DNA of 63,889 nucleotides, the filler included, from Candidatus Woesearchaeota archaeon (lineage in GTDB: Archaea; Nanobdellota; Nanobdellia; Woesearchaeales; B72-G16), in the NCBI GenBank assembly GCA_003650545.1. It is 6 parts of 4 records of this genome, joined end to end, with 100 filler letters (N's around TTAATTAATTAA, not from the genome) between each part and the next. Parts side by side here need not be neighbours in the genome. Positions count along the whole stretch, not along the records: positions 21,529 to 32,955 come from QMQO01000002.1; positions 33,056 to 48,157 come from QMQO01000003.1; 4 more parts are not named here. One strand, 5' to 3'. The notes below the pieces were generated by a model. That model had not been told where the DNA came from. It did no database searches and was given only the letters and a program-made list of their open reading frames with translations. Of this stretch, positions 31,494 to 41,260 are shown one piece after another (position 1 is the stretch's first letter; each line of letters begins with the position of its first letter). Position numbers and translations under genes: made by a program.

Positions 31494-31506
31494 CTCTGGA
31501 CTTGAC
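31494..31506 (+). repeat. 13-bp direct repeat left of integrase B
   Basis: CTCTGGACTTGAC, identical to 32531-32543. Confidence 0.8.
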
Positions 31507-31550
31507 TTTGGGACATTGCGCTTATTAAAAGACTGGACAGACATATCTGT

Positions 31551-32519
31551 ATGAAAGTCAACAACGGCAGACTGCAATTCGGCCATAGGAACGAGGCCAG
31601 GGAAAAGACCATAACCGATGAACAATTCAAAAGGTTCATCGAAGCAGTCAAGTTCGTTGAAGAAGAAAAATACGTCTTTTTCTGGGAAAACGTCTACTAC
31701 TGCGCAGCCTACTTAGGACTCAGAAGCATAGAAACCTGCAAGATCAGGGTAGAAGACATTGATTTCATAGATAAAACTCTGACATTGCCAGATCAGAAAA
31801 ACAAGGAACGATTTGAGAAGATCATAATCCCTGATGAGATGATAAGGAGATTCAAGAAGCACATTGTAAAGTACAAGGACGAAATAATCGCAAACGGCAT
31901 CGAGCACACTAACATCAGGGATATGAACACCTTAAGAGGCGAATATTTCATCTTTTGGCGGCAAAGAGGTCCAAGAGGCGGAAAGAAAAGAGAAAAGCAC
32001 CTATCAACCAACACGATCAGAACTCACTTGATGAAGACCAGGCAAGTGGCAGGCCTGGATATGAAATACGGGATGACTAAAACAGGCCACGCATTATCTG
32101 TATTAAGCTACCACACGCTGAGGCATTATTATCTGCAGAAAATATGCGATCAGAGAGGCGTTTTCGCAGCTCAAATATCAGGCAGGCACAAGAACTTGAG
32201 AAGCACAGAGAGGTATCTTACAACCTCTCTGGTGGCCAAAAGAGACATAGTTAATGATGTGTTCAATACTCCTGAAGAGACTGAGTCAAAGGAGATATTG
32301 TCCCTGAAAAACGAGATTGCTGAACTCAAGGCCCTTATGATGCAATCAGTGATCTTGAGCAATGGCAATCCAATGAATTCCAAGAATATGAGCAGAATAG
32401 CGATTGAAGAGGCTGAAAGGCTGATGCAAAACAAGGCCCTGTATGAAGCCAGGAGGCTCAGAAGAACTGTCAAGACAGAGGAAACAACCGAGCAGATAGT
32501 TTGCGGAGTCCAACAATAA
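31551..32519 (+). CDS. Tyrosine recombinase/integrase, copy B
   Basis: LGLRSIE, QKNK, HTLRH, GRH, TERY; paralog of copy A. Confidence 0.93.
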   Translation: MKVNNGRLQFGHRNEAREKTITDEQFKRFIEAVKFVEEEKYVFFWENVYYCAAYLGLRSIETCKIRVEDIDFIDKTLTLPDQKNKERFEKIIIPDEMIRRFKKHIVKYKDEIIANGIEHTNIRDMNTLRGEYFIFWRQRGPRGGKKREKHLSTNTIRTHLMKTRQVAGLDMKYGMTKTGHALSVLSYHTLRHYYLQKICDQRGVFAAQISGRHKNLRSTERYLTTSLVAKRDIVNDVFNTPEETESKEILSLKNEIAELKALMMQSVILSNGNPMNSKNMSRIAIEEAERLMQNKALYEARRLRRTVKTEETTEQIVCGVQQ

Positions 32520-32530
32520 ACTCTTTCTGG

Positions 32531-32543
32531 CTCTGGACTTGAC
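32531..32543 (+). repeat. 13-bp direct repeat right of integrase B
   Basis: CTCTGGACTTGAC. Confidence 0.8.
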
Positions 32544-33112
32544 GCACTTGACAGGGTAACCGAAAACTATTTATCTTAATGAATTCTAACCAGATATAGT
32601 TTCCCTTAACCACAATTCGTTTCAGAATTGGCGGAAAGCGCTTATGACGTTTTTGGGGAAAGCGTCATAAATCTATGACGGAAATATAAATGTTTTGGTA
32701 ATTTACTACTCAATAGTTACTATTGAATAAGAAAAATAAGAGCCGACCCTAAAAGTCATTAACTAATGGGGCTACGCCCTTGATACGCCGATTTTTTACT
32801 TTGAATTTTTCGGACTTCGTCCGAACGTTGCACTACAATACCCAAGGCTGCCCAGCACTTTAGTGCTGGGAGAAACATATAAATTCTAAAAAAATAAAGA
32901 AAAAAATGCGCGACGTAGCTGGCGCAATAGATCACCCTAAATCTAGCGTTAGCTANNNNNNNNNNNNNNNNNNNNNNNNNNNNNNNNNNNNNNNNNNNNT
33001 TAATTAATTAANNNNNNNNNNNNNNNNNNNNNNNNNNNNNNNNNNNNNNNNNNNNATAAAATTCAACTGAAATTTATATACTACAAAAATAACAAAAACA
33101 TACTAAAATAAA

Positions 33113-33313
33113 TTATTTTTCATCTTTTTTTTCTTTTTTCACTTTTGATAATTGTTCTATTCTTGATTTTAGTGCTGTCTGAATTAGAATCCTATTTTTC
33201 TCGCGTAGTTCATCAATTAATTGGTCTCTTCGCTTCAATTCTTCGGCATACCATCTTTTCAGTTTCTCCAACTCTGAGACAGGAACTGTTTTTTTTGTTT
33301 TTTTCTTGAGCAT
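33113..33313 (-). CDS. Small coiled-coil hypothetical protein
   Basis: 66-aa ORF. Confidence 0.6.
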   Translation of the reverse strand: MLKKKTKKTVPVSELEKLKRWYAEELKRRDQLIDELREKNRILIQTALKSRIEQLSKVKKEKKDEK

Positions 33314-33645
33314 ATTATAAGAATATTTTGATTATTTTTAAAGATTTAGCTTTATTATTTTTTAAAAAATCTATATCGTCATTATTCAATAAGATTTCTA
33401 TATTCTCTAAACATTAATATTTAGTGTATGATTTCAGTTAATATTTAGTGTAAGGTATTCAGTGTGAGCGATGTTAATGCAATTCAAGTGCAATTCAAGC
33501 TTGCTATGGATGTAATGGTGTAATTGTTTTTGCTTATGTTTTTACATTAATTAGAATATAGCCTTAATTAGAATATTTTTTTATATTTTTTTAAATATTT
33601 TTTCATCATTGTTATTTGTCATCTTTCTCTATCATTTATCTTTCT

Positions 33646-34221
33646 TTATATCTTTCTCTTATTGGATCTTCTACTAGGTCTTGTCTTTTCGCTACCTTTG
33701 CCTTTTTTTCTTAAACCACGGCTTTTTCTGCCAGCACTTGTCAATCCGCGGTAGGCTCTGCCTTTATGCTGCTTTTCGCATATCCATTTTAGATTCTTGT
33801 CAGCTTTGACTGTTGGGTGTGATGTGTCAACAAGAATAACCTCATACCAAATATATATACCATCTTTAGCAACATAATAGGAGTTCAAAACCTCACAATT
33901 TGGAAATAGTCTATTAGCGCGCTCTTCAGCAATCTGTTGATAGTTTTTGTGTAGCACCTTCAAACGTCTGCGATGCTTTGGCCTTCTACCGCTTTTTATC
34001 GTAGGCCTCATTCTGCCTCCTCTTTTTAGGCGTTGTCTAACAACTATTATACCTTGCTTAGCTTTATAACCAATTGCTCTTGCCTTATCAATTCTGGTTG
34101 GTTTAGAAATCCTGATTGTGGCAGGTTCCTTGCGCCACTTTATTAGTCTATCTCTCCAGACCTCACCGAGCTTATCCTTTGGTTGCTTCCAGAGTATCCT
34201 GACATATTTATACATACCCAC
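33646..34221 (-). CDS. rpl15e: 50S ribosomal protein L15e
   Basis: PTRIDKAR.IGYKAKQG, EVLNSY, RGLTSAG. Confidence 0.97.
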   Translation of the reverse strand: MGMYKYVRILWKQPKDKLGEVWRDRLIKWRKEPATIRISKPTRIDKARAIGYKAKQGIIVVRQRLKRGGRMRPTIKSGRRPKHRRRLKVLHKNYQQIAEERANRLFPNCEVLNSYYVAKDGIYIWYEVILVDTSHPTVKADKNLKWICEKQHKGRAYRGLTSAGRKSRGLRKKGKGSEKTRPSRRSNKRKI

Positions 34222-34229
34222 TTAGATCA

Positions 34230-34325
34230 CACCCGAGATTCAGGGAGCAGTATGCTTACCATCTCCAATTTTCCTGTTACTGACATAGGTCAATAACATA
34301 TGTGAAATGCATACTTGCTACACCT
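34230..34325 (-). promoter_or_regulatory. Putative structured rpl15e leader RNA
   Basis: Hairpin UGUUAUUGAC/GUCAGUAACA, AGUAUGC/GCAUACU pairing, and GAUGGUA...CUGAAUC before the RBS. Confidence 0.45.
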
Positions 34326-34972
34326 ACATTTCTCTAGACGATGAAAATAGATGCTATTTATAAAGGTTTTTGTTTTTTTTGATTTTTTTAACAGGGTTCT
34401 AATATCCTGAATTAGGAAAACACCTAAAATAATATTTTAAACATTTTTCTATGTTCTATGCTTTGATTTTATATGCTCTGTTTTATGCATCATTTTTTCA
34501 TCGTTATTATTTGGTTAAACAAGTTTAAACTGCTTTTTTCTGTCCAAAGATGACCTTAAGCATAAGCATCTAATATAGCACTTAACTATTAGTACTTAAG
34601 TATTAGCACTTGAGTTGAGCATAAGTTGAGCACCTTATTTATTTTCAATTATTTTTTAGTTTTCTATCATTTATCTTTCTATAATAAAAATAGAATTCTT
34701 GATCACACATTTCAAAAAGATACCCTAAAAGATCAAGCTATTCTTCTTCTAATCTGGCATCTTCTTGCTCCTGCTCATCTTCCTTGAACTCTAACTCATC
34801 CAGACCATTCATCAACAAAATGAATATCTACAAACTTAAATAATTTACTCATTTATGGTGTAACTAATCGGTAGAGAATCTTCTTTGTTAGAAATGTTAT
34901 CTAACAATTATTCAGCTGCATTTAATTAAATTTAACCAAAGCTATATATACAACTTATGCTTCATTTCTATA

Positions 34973-35950
34973 ATGGTTAAAGAAGATATCTACAAATCAA
35001 TAAAAGATATGTCTGAGCACATAAGAAAGGCTTTGAGATTAACAGAGAACTTTAAAGTTGAGGGTAAATTCAATCATATCTTTATTTGCGGAATGGGTGG
35101 TTCTGCTATTGTGGGTGATCTGTTGCAGAGCTATCTAGACATAAACATTCCTGTAACTGTGAACAGACGCTATACTCTTTCAAAAACACTAACACGAGAT
35201 AGCTTAGTTTTCTTTATCTCATATTCCGGCAACACAGAAGAGACAATTGCTGCTTTTAAAGTAGCGATAAGAATTGGCTGCAGAATTGTTGCGATCACAT
35301 CTGGAGGAATACTAAAAGATCTAGCATTAAGATCAAAGGTCCCTGTTGTGAGAATACCTCTTGATGTACAGCCTAGAGCTGCATTAGGTTATTTGTTTTT
35401 CGCTGTACTTAATATCCTAAGAAATTCTAGGTTAATCCCAAATCCAAGAGAAGAGATCTACAGCACAATAAACGCTGTTTCAAACCAAAGAATAGAAGAA
35501 AAAGCAGAACGTTTTGCAGAAAAGTTAAAGGATAAAATACCTATTATATATTCATCAGATAGGCTAAAAGGAGTTGCATTACGCTGGAAAGAACAATTTA
35601 ATGAAAATGCAAAGATTCATGCATTCTGTAATATTTTCCCTGAGATAGATCATAACGAAATAGAAGGCTATGAGAATCTCAATGGAGATTATCATGTTAT
35701 AATGATCAATGATCAGGATGATTATTTTAGAATTAAGAAAAGGATGGAGCTAACAAAACAGATCATACTAAAGAAGGGTGTTGGTGTGACAGAATTGGAT
35801 CTAACAGGTAGATCATTCCTTGCGAGAATGATGGTCGCAATTGTAATGGGCGATTATGCTAGCTATCATCTGGCTAAGCTGATTGATACAGATCCAAATT
35901 CTGTTACTCTCATCGAAAATCTAAAGAAAAAACTTGGGGGTGTCATGTAA
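34973..35950 (+). CDS. Bifunctional phosphoglucose/phosphomannose isomerase
   Basis: GMGGSA, SYSGNTEET, QPRAA, ENAK, PEIDHNEI. Confidence 0.93.
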   Translation: MVKEDIYKSIKDMSEHIRKALRLTENFKVEGKFNHIFICGMGGSAIVGDLLQSYLDINIPVTVNRRYTLSKTLTRDSLVFFISYSGNTEETIAAFKVAIRIGCRIVAITSGGILKDLALRSKVPVVRIPLDVQPRAALGYLFFAVLNILRNSRLIPNPREEIYSTINAVSNQRIEEKAERFAEKLKDKIPIIYSSDRLKGVALRWKEQFNENAKIHAFCNIFPEIDHNEIEGYENLNGDYHVIMINDQDDYFRIKKRMELTKQIILKKGVGVTELDLTGRSFLARMMVAIVMGDYASYHLAKLIDTDPNSVTLIENLKKKLGGVM

Positions 35951-36208
35951 ATGGCTGAAAAAGAAATTGGAAAAATAACACACTACTTTGGGAAGATTGG
36001 TGTTGGTGTAGTAGAACTTAGCGATGTGTTAAAGATTGGTGACAAGATACATATCAAAGGAGCCACAACAGACATTACGCAGACAGTTGATAGCATGCAG
36101 ATAAACAAGAACCCTGTTGAAGAAGCAAAGGCTGGCGATGCTATTGGGATGAAAACAACTGATCAGGTGAGACCAGGAGATGTTGTGTTTAAAGTAGAAG
36201 AAGAATAA
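35951..36208 (+). CDS. Translation elongation factor-like beta-barrel protein (U32 C-terminal-like)
   Basis: IGKITHYFGKIGV...GDKIHIKG...SMQI...VRPGD. Confidence 0.85.
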   Translation: MAEKEIGKITHYFGKIGVGVVELSDVLKIGDKIHIKGATTDITQTVDSMQINKNPVEEAKAGDAIGMKTTDQVRPGDVVFKVEEE

Positions 36209-36560
36209 ATAATTTTATTTATTGATTAGATGCCTTTTGCTTTATTTTTTACTATTTGTGTACTAATGGGTTAGATATACATTAGATATACTTACTGGAC
36301 AATATTTACTTGCGATATAGCATGTTGTCTAAGATAATGCCAGATTAGTGGGCATTAAAATATTCTTTTTTGATTTATGATTTAAGCATGCCTGAAGCAT
36401 GATAAGATTATAATTTAAGATAATAATTTAAGATTATAGATTGGATTTAAATTATTAAACCATATCTAGTCTCTTTCTTTATCGTCACTTTAAAGTGTTA
36501 ATGCTGTTCCTACTTGGCTAGGAAAAACTATTTAAAACAAAGCAAATAATATTTATTCTA

Positions 36561-38039
36561 ATGGCAAAAGAGGATCAAACAAAAGAAGAAACACGCGGCA
36601 TCACTGTGAAGAAAGAGGAAGATTTCTCAGAATGGTTCACTCAGGTCATAAAAGAAGCAGAACTAGCAGACATTCGATATAATGTAAAAGGCTTTCTTGT
36701 TTATAGACCTTGGTGTGTTCATACCTGGAACATCATGTATGATAAACTTGCAGGAATACTTGAAAAAAAAGGTCATCAGCCATTGATAATGCCCACTGTC
36801 ATTCCTGAAAGCAACTTCAAGCTTGAATCAAAACATGTAGAGGGTTTTGCACCTGCAGTTTTTTGGATAACAGAGCATGGAGCTGGTGAGAAAATTGAAG
36901 AACGCCTTGCATTAAGACCAACTAGCGAAACTGCATTCTACCAAATGTTTGCTTTATGGATAAGAAGCTATAAGGATCTGCCTCTGAAGACATATCAACG
37001 CGCCTCTGTTTTCCGTTATGAAGGCAAGGCCACTAGACCATTTTTCCGTGCTAGAGAATTCTACTGGATAGAGGCGCATGACGCATTTGCCACTGAAAAA
37101 GACGCAACCAACCAAGTAAAAGAAGATATGGAAACAACAAAAGAATTTTTGCTGGATGAGCTAGCAATACCTTTTATATTTTTTCAGCGGCCTGAGTGGG
37201 ATAAATTCCCAGGAGCAGTGAATACTTATGCAGCTGATGCTTTAATGCCGTCTGGTAAGGTTATACAGCTTCCTAGTACACATATGCTTGGCCAGAATTT
37301 CTCAAAGCCGTTCAATGTAAAATATATTGACAAAGATGGCACAGAGAAGTATGCTTACATAACATGTTATGGTCCTGCAATTAGCAGGATTTATGGTGCA
37401 TTGATAGCCTTTCATGGCGATGATAAAGGCCTGGTTTTGCCATTTGATCTTGCACCAATACAGATTGTGATAGTTCCTATTTTATTTGAGGACACTAAAA
37501 GAATCGTGTTAAAAAAATGCTATGAACTTGAGAAAAAACTAAGAAGGCACTACAAAGTTAAGGTTGATGGTGATGACGAAAAAAGCGCTGGTTGGAAATT
37601 CAATTATTGGGAGATGAAAGGTGTTCCCATTAGGATTGAGATAGGTCCAAACGACCTCAAGAAAAAGCAAGCTATTGTGTATAGCAGAGACACTGGCGAA
37701 AAAGAAACAATAAAAGAAAAAGATTTAATAGATCATGTTAAAGCAATTGCATCAGATTTCACCGAGCGTCTCAAAAAGAATGCAGAGCGTGTTTTCAACA
37801 CCAGCATAGTTGATGCAGACTCTATTGAAGAGGTAAAGGAAAACATCGGCTCAAAAATTGTTAGGGTAAACTTTTGCTCTATTGACAAAGATGGTGAACC
37901 TTGTGCTGAAATCGTAGAAAAAGAACTTCTTGCAAGTGTTCGTGGAACTCGCTTTGGTTTAGATGAAACGCCAAAAGGCAAATGCGTATTTTGTGGAAAG
38001 CCTGCTAAAGTTGTTGCTTATATTGCAAAGAGTTATTAA
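36561..38039 (+). CDS. proS: Proline--tRNA ligase (archaeal type)
   Basis: FSEWF, LRPTSET, FRYE..TRPFFRAREF, C-terminal AKSY. Confidence 0.97.
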   Translation: MAKEDQTKEETRGITVKKEEDFSEWFTQVIKEAELADIRYNVKGFLVYRPWCVHTWNIMYDKLAGILEKKGHQPLIMPTVIPESNFKLESKHVEGFAPAVFWITEHGAGEKIEERLALRPTSETAFYQMFALWIRSYKDLPLKTYQRASVFRYEGKATRPFFRAREFYWIEAHDAFATEKDATNQVKEDMETTKEFLLDELAIPFIFFQRPEWDKFPGAVNTYAADALMPSGKVIQLPSTHMLGQNFSKPFNVKYIDKDGTEKYAYITCYGPAISRIYGALIAFHGDDKGLVLPFDLAPIQIVIVPILFEDTKRIVLKKCYELEKKLRRHYKVKVDGDDEKSAGWKFNYWEMKGVPIRIEIGPNDLKKKQAIVYSRDTGEKETIKEKDLIDHVKAIASDFTERLKKNAERVFNTSIVDADSIEEVKENIGSKIVRVNFCSIDKDGEPCAEIVEKELLASVRGTRFGLDETPKGKCVFCGKPAKVVAYIAKSY

Positions 38040-38148
38040 GATGAACTTTATTTTCAAAAAGAATTAACTATGTTAATAGAAAAATGAATTGAATTTTGGT
38101 TTTTAAAAATATAAAAACAACAAAAAAGGTTAGTATCACAGGTATAAA

Positions 38149-38481
38149 ATGAGAATAATGAATAAAGAGCTTATTCAAAAATCAGGCGTTTTGGAAAAGA
38201 GAAAAACTCTTGCTTCTATTGATTTAATTGTCTGTACAGAAGACGAGGTTTATGCAGTTAGTCAAAAATTAAAAATGTATTGTAGATTAATTGTTGGTTT
38301 ACTGGATGTAGATCAAACATTGTTATTTCTAAAACACCTGTCTGATTACACACTTTCAGGTTCACTTGAAACTTTACGAGGAATTCCTGTGAAAACTCTA
38401 GATTCGGCAGAATTCAGGGCACTTGTGAAGAACCACACTCAGCTCATGCCTATTTGCATAAGCCATGAGAGTAAAAAATAG
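38149..38481 (+). CDS. Hypothetical protein
   Basis: 110-aa ORF. Confidence 0.5.
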   Translation: MRIMNKELIQKSGVLEKRKTLASIDLIVCTEDEVYAVSQKLKMYCRLIVGLLDVDQTLLFLKHLSDYTLSGSLETLRGIPVKTLDSAEFRALVKNHTQLMPICISHESKK

Positions 38482-38575
38482 ACATAATTCTAGATTATGG
38501 TAAAACACAAAAAACGAAACATTTATATATGAAGAAGTTAGTCACTTAATAATAGTAAATGCCAAGAGGTTAAAA

Positions 38576-40543
38576 ATGAATATACTAAGTTTATTGAGAT
38601 ATCATTTATCAGGGTATATGTCTATGTTTTCTAGTAAACATACAGATGAAAATGATCCTGATATAGATGTTTTTGAGGAGGATAACAATGAAAATGACAT
38701 AAATCAAGTTGATTCTGAAGATGTAATAAAAGATAGGTTGCAACAGGCTTCTGAACTTGAACAACCCGAATCACTTGAGAATATTGTTAACAGCATTGCG
38801 CAATCGTCTAAAAATCTAGTATCTAACTTTAATAATTTAAGATCAGACGGAATATTGATGGATATATATAACATAACACTAAGCTATCTAGGTAAAGATG
38901 AATTAACAGAAGAAGAAACAGAAGAATTCGTCAACATATTGGCTCAGAAAAAAGAAGATTTCTCTTCTGATAAATACTTCTCAGTTGAGTCTGCATTATC
39001 AAATGCAGTGAGGGCTATGAAGACAGGAGATAACGGAGATAACAAAATACTCGAGATGTTTGTGCCTCAGTGGGCGTATGATTATGCAGAATACGAGTTT
39101 GTAAAACGCCTTTATGATATTGCAGGAATAGTGTTCAATAAAGAAGCTATAGAAAATTTCATGGAAAAAGCTAAAAAAATAGATAAATACGGCTATAAAA
39201 ACCTGAAACACTTTGAGACAGAAACTCAACAAGACGAAGAAAATCAGGACAAATCAAAGAGAATTCTAATGAATAATCGCGATAGAATAGAATATTTCAT
39301 AAAGAGTCTTCGTGGTTATGGCAAAGCACTTCAAGATCTAGATGAAAAAACAGGCGAAAAACAATTTACTGATAAAAAAGTAATAGAGGATTGTATAGAT
39401 CCAGACCTTATGGGTAACATTCATAGATATGGCTTGTTCTCGACACTTATAGAGCAGACAGGAGCGTATCTTAGTCAGAGTACAATTTTAAACTTTGCAG
39501 ATAAGGCATTAGAAAATCTGTCTGTAAAAGATCCTTATAATGAAAAATCATTTGTTAGCAATGTTATTGAATTAAACGATGATCTGCAGAGGTGCGGCAT
39601 TGATATGGATTTTGCAAAAGAGTCATATAAAAAATTTGTTGAGCAAGGTAATGAAAAGCTAAGAAATGGCCTTATCACGGAAGCTTTATCATCTTATCTT
39701 GCAGCAATTCAAACCAATGAGTTGCTGGATAGTGGTGAAGCAACTTTGGCAGACAGAGTCAGCAGGCTTCATGAAGTGGTGTGTAGGGTTTGCAAAGCAG
39801 ATGATGAATATTTTGATGCAGCTATTGTCTATATGTTTAACAAAGACCTAGCTGATGTTATAAAAAATGCAGATTCTAGAAAAAAGAAGGCACTTGTCAA
39901 AGAGTGGGTTGCAAGAGAAATAAGCACTAATCCTGAATTTGTAACTTCTTACCAAAGACTGGTTAATAATCAAAACGCGATTATTGCTGAGGTAAATTCA
40001 GCTTTTAGTTGCGCTGATGCTAAAGATTATTATAGATTTAAAACCCTGGATGAGTATAACAAGGATTATGCTAAATCTCTATTTCGGGCTATGATGAATC
40101 GCTGTATTGTGCTAAAACCTGTTCAAAAAAACATTGAGCAGCAAGAGGAAGAACGCCCTAAAAAACTTAGCTTGAGAAACCTCACGAGTCTGTTAAAGGG
40201 TGAAACAAGGAATGCTGATGATGAAAACTTGGTGCATCAGTATAAGCCTGCTCCTTTGAGAGGTGGCATTATAGCATCATTTTTAATGACAGAAGATTTT
40301 ACAGAAAATGAATTAAAAGACCCGGTATTGATGTTATGTAAGCTAACAGAAAAGTATGCAATTTCACCATTGTTTTTTTCCAGTAATGCGTATAGTGATG
40401 ATGAGGTTAAGTCACTAATTGCAAAGTCATTTGAGATTGGTCATGGTCTTAACAAGAAGGCTTATGTTGGCGATGTGTTAGGTGTAGCTCCTACAGGAAG
40501 CACAGCAAACTATGGTTTTGATAAGAGATTTATATCTGGTTAG
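38576..40543 (+). CDS. Large helical hypothetical protein
   Basis: 655-aa ORF with BRE-TATA and GAGGT RBS. Confidence 0.75.
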   Translation: MNILSLLRYHLSGYMSMFSSKHTDENDPDIDVFEEDNNENDINQVDSEDVIKDRLQQASELEQPESLENIVNSIAQSSKNLVSNFNNLRSDGILMDIYNITLSYLGKDELTEEETEEFVNILAQKKEDFSSDKYFSVESALSNAVRAMKTGDNGDNKILEMFVPQWAYDYAEYEFVKRLYDIAGIVFNKEAIENFMEKAKKIDKYGYKNLKHFETETQQDEENQDKSKRILMNNRDRIEYFIKSLRGYGKALQDLDEKTGEKQFTDKKVIEDCIDPDLMGNIHRYGLFSTLIEQTGAYLSQSTILNFADKALENLSVKDPYNEKSFVSNVIELNDDLQRCGIDMDFAKESYKKFVEQGNEKLRNGLITEALSSYLAAIQTNELLDSGEATLADRVSRLHEVVCRVCKADDEYFDAAIVYMFNKDLADVIKNADSRKKKALVKEWVAREISTNPEFVTSYQRLVNNQNAIIAEVNSAFSCADAKDYYRFKTLDEYNKDYAKSLFRAMMNRCIVLKPVQKNIEQQEEERPKKLSLRNLTSLLKGETRNADDENLVHQYKPAPLRGGIIASFLMTEDFTENELKDPVLMLCKLTEKYAISPLFFSSNAYSDDEVKSLIAKSFEIGHGLNKKAYVGDVLGVAPTGSTANYGFDKRFISG

Positions 40544-40552
40544 GCTAGAGCT

Positions 40553-41260
40553 TTAGGTGCCATAAGGAGGTTTAGCTTCAGATCTCTGTTTCTTAATGAT
40601 GTCTTCAAGTTTTCTTGTCTTTTCTTCCATTAGTCCTACCAAAGTTTTAAGCTCTGGTACTAGATTAGCTATCTCTTTAGTTTGATTTGAAATTTTATTT
40701 GCTTTGTCACGTATGTTTGCTAGTTCCTTTTTTGCCTCGTCTATGTCACCTCTGAGAGTTGAGATATAAGTTTCGATATTTTTGATCCTATAAGCTGGTC
40801 TTTTAAAATTTTTTAGTTCATTCTTAACAATTTTTAAGGTCTGATTTATTCTTGTATTACAAAGCTTCCAAACATTCTCTTTATTTGTGATAATCTCTTT
40901 TGTAGATTTGATAGCATCATCAATCATTTTATTTATCTCTCTATATTTTTCTTCTATGTTTGTAGTTAGGGTTATTAATTCATTTTCTAATATTATCATA
41001 TTACGATGCTGTCCAGGAGGGGTGATATAATCTTTTTCCATATAATATGTTCTTATTAATTCCCGGTGGTCTAAATATATTTTTCTATATCCTATCATTA
41101 TTTCACGAAGTTCTCGTTGAAAAGCGTTTAAAATTTTTTCGGCTTCAACCCCAACATCTGTGGCTAATTTACTAGCTTTCTTATTTTCTTTAGTCATTTT
41201 ATAAATATTATATAAGTGGCGGATATTTTTCTTAGCGTAGTTAAACTTAAACCTTGGCAT
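40553..41260 (-). CDS. Coiled-coil hypothetical protein
   Basis: Heptad-rich; TAATG coupling to the upstream gene. Confidence 0.7.
   Translation of the reverse strand: MPRFKFNYAKKNIRHLYNIYKMTKENKKASKLATDVGVEAEKILNAFQRELREIMIGYRKIYLDHRELIRTYYMEKDYITPPGQHRNMIILENELITLTTNIEEKYREINKMIDDAIKSTKEIITNKENVWKLCNTRINQTLKIVKNELKNFKRPAYRIKNIETYISTLRGDIDEAKKELANIRDKANKISNQTKEIANLVPELKTLVGLMEEKTRKLEDIIKKQRSEAKPPYGT

Larger units (their letters stand above)
21529..32700. mobile_element. Integrative element / provirus-like region (boundaries unknown)
   Basis: Two tyrosine recombinases, MTases, nuclease, RHH/wHTH regulators and many small overlapping ORFs; no housekeeping genes. Confidence 0.75.

Noticed and set aside
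32905..32955. tRNA 3' end / attachment site at the end of contig 3
   Set aside because: GC-rich and ends like an acceptor stem, but no T-arm is recognisable before the contig break
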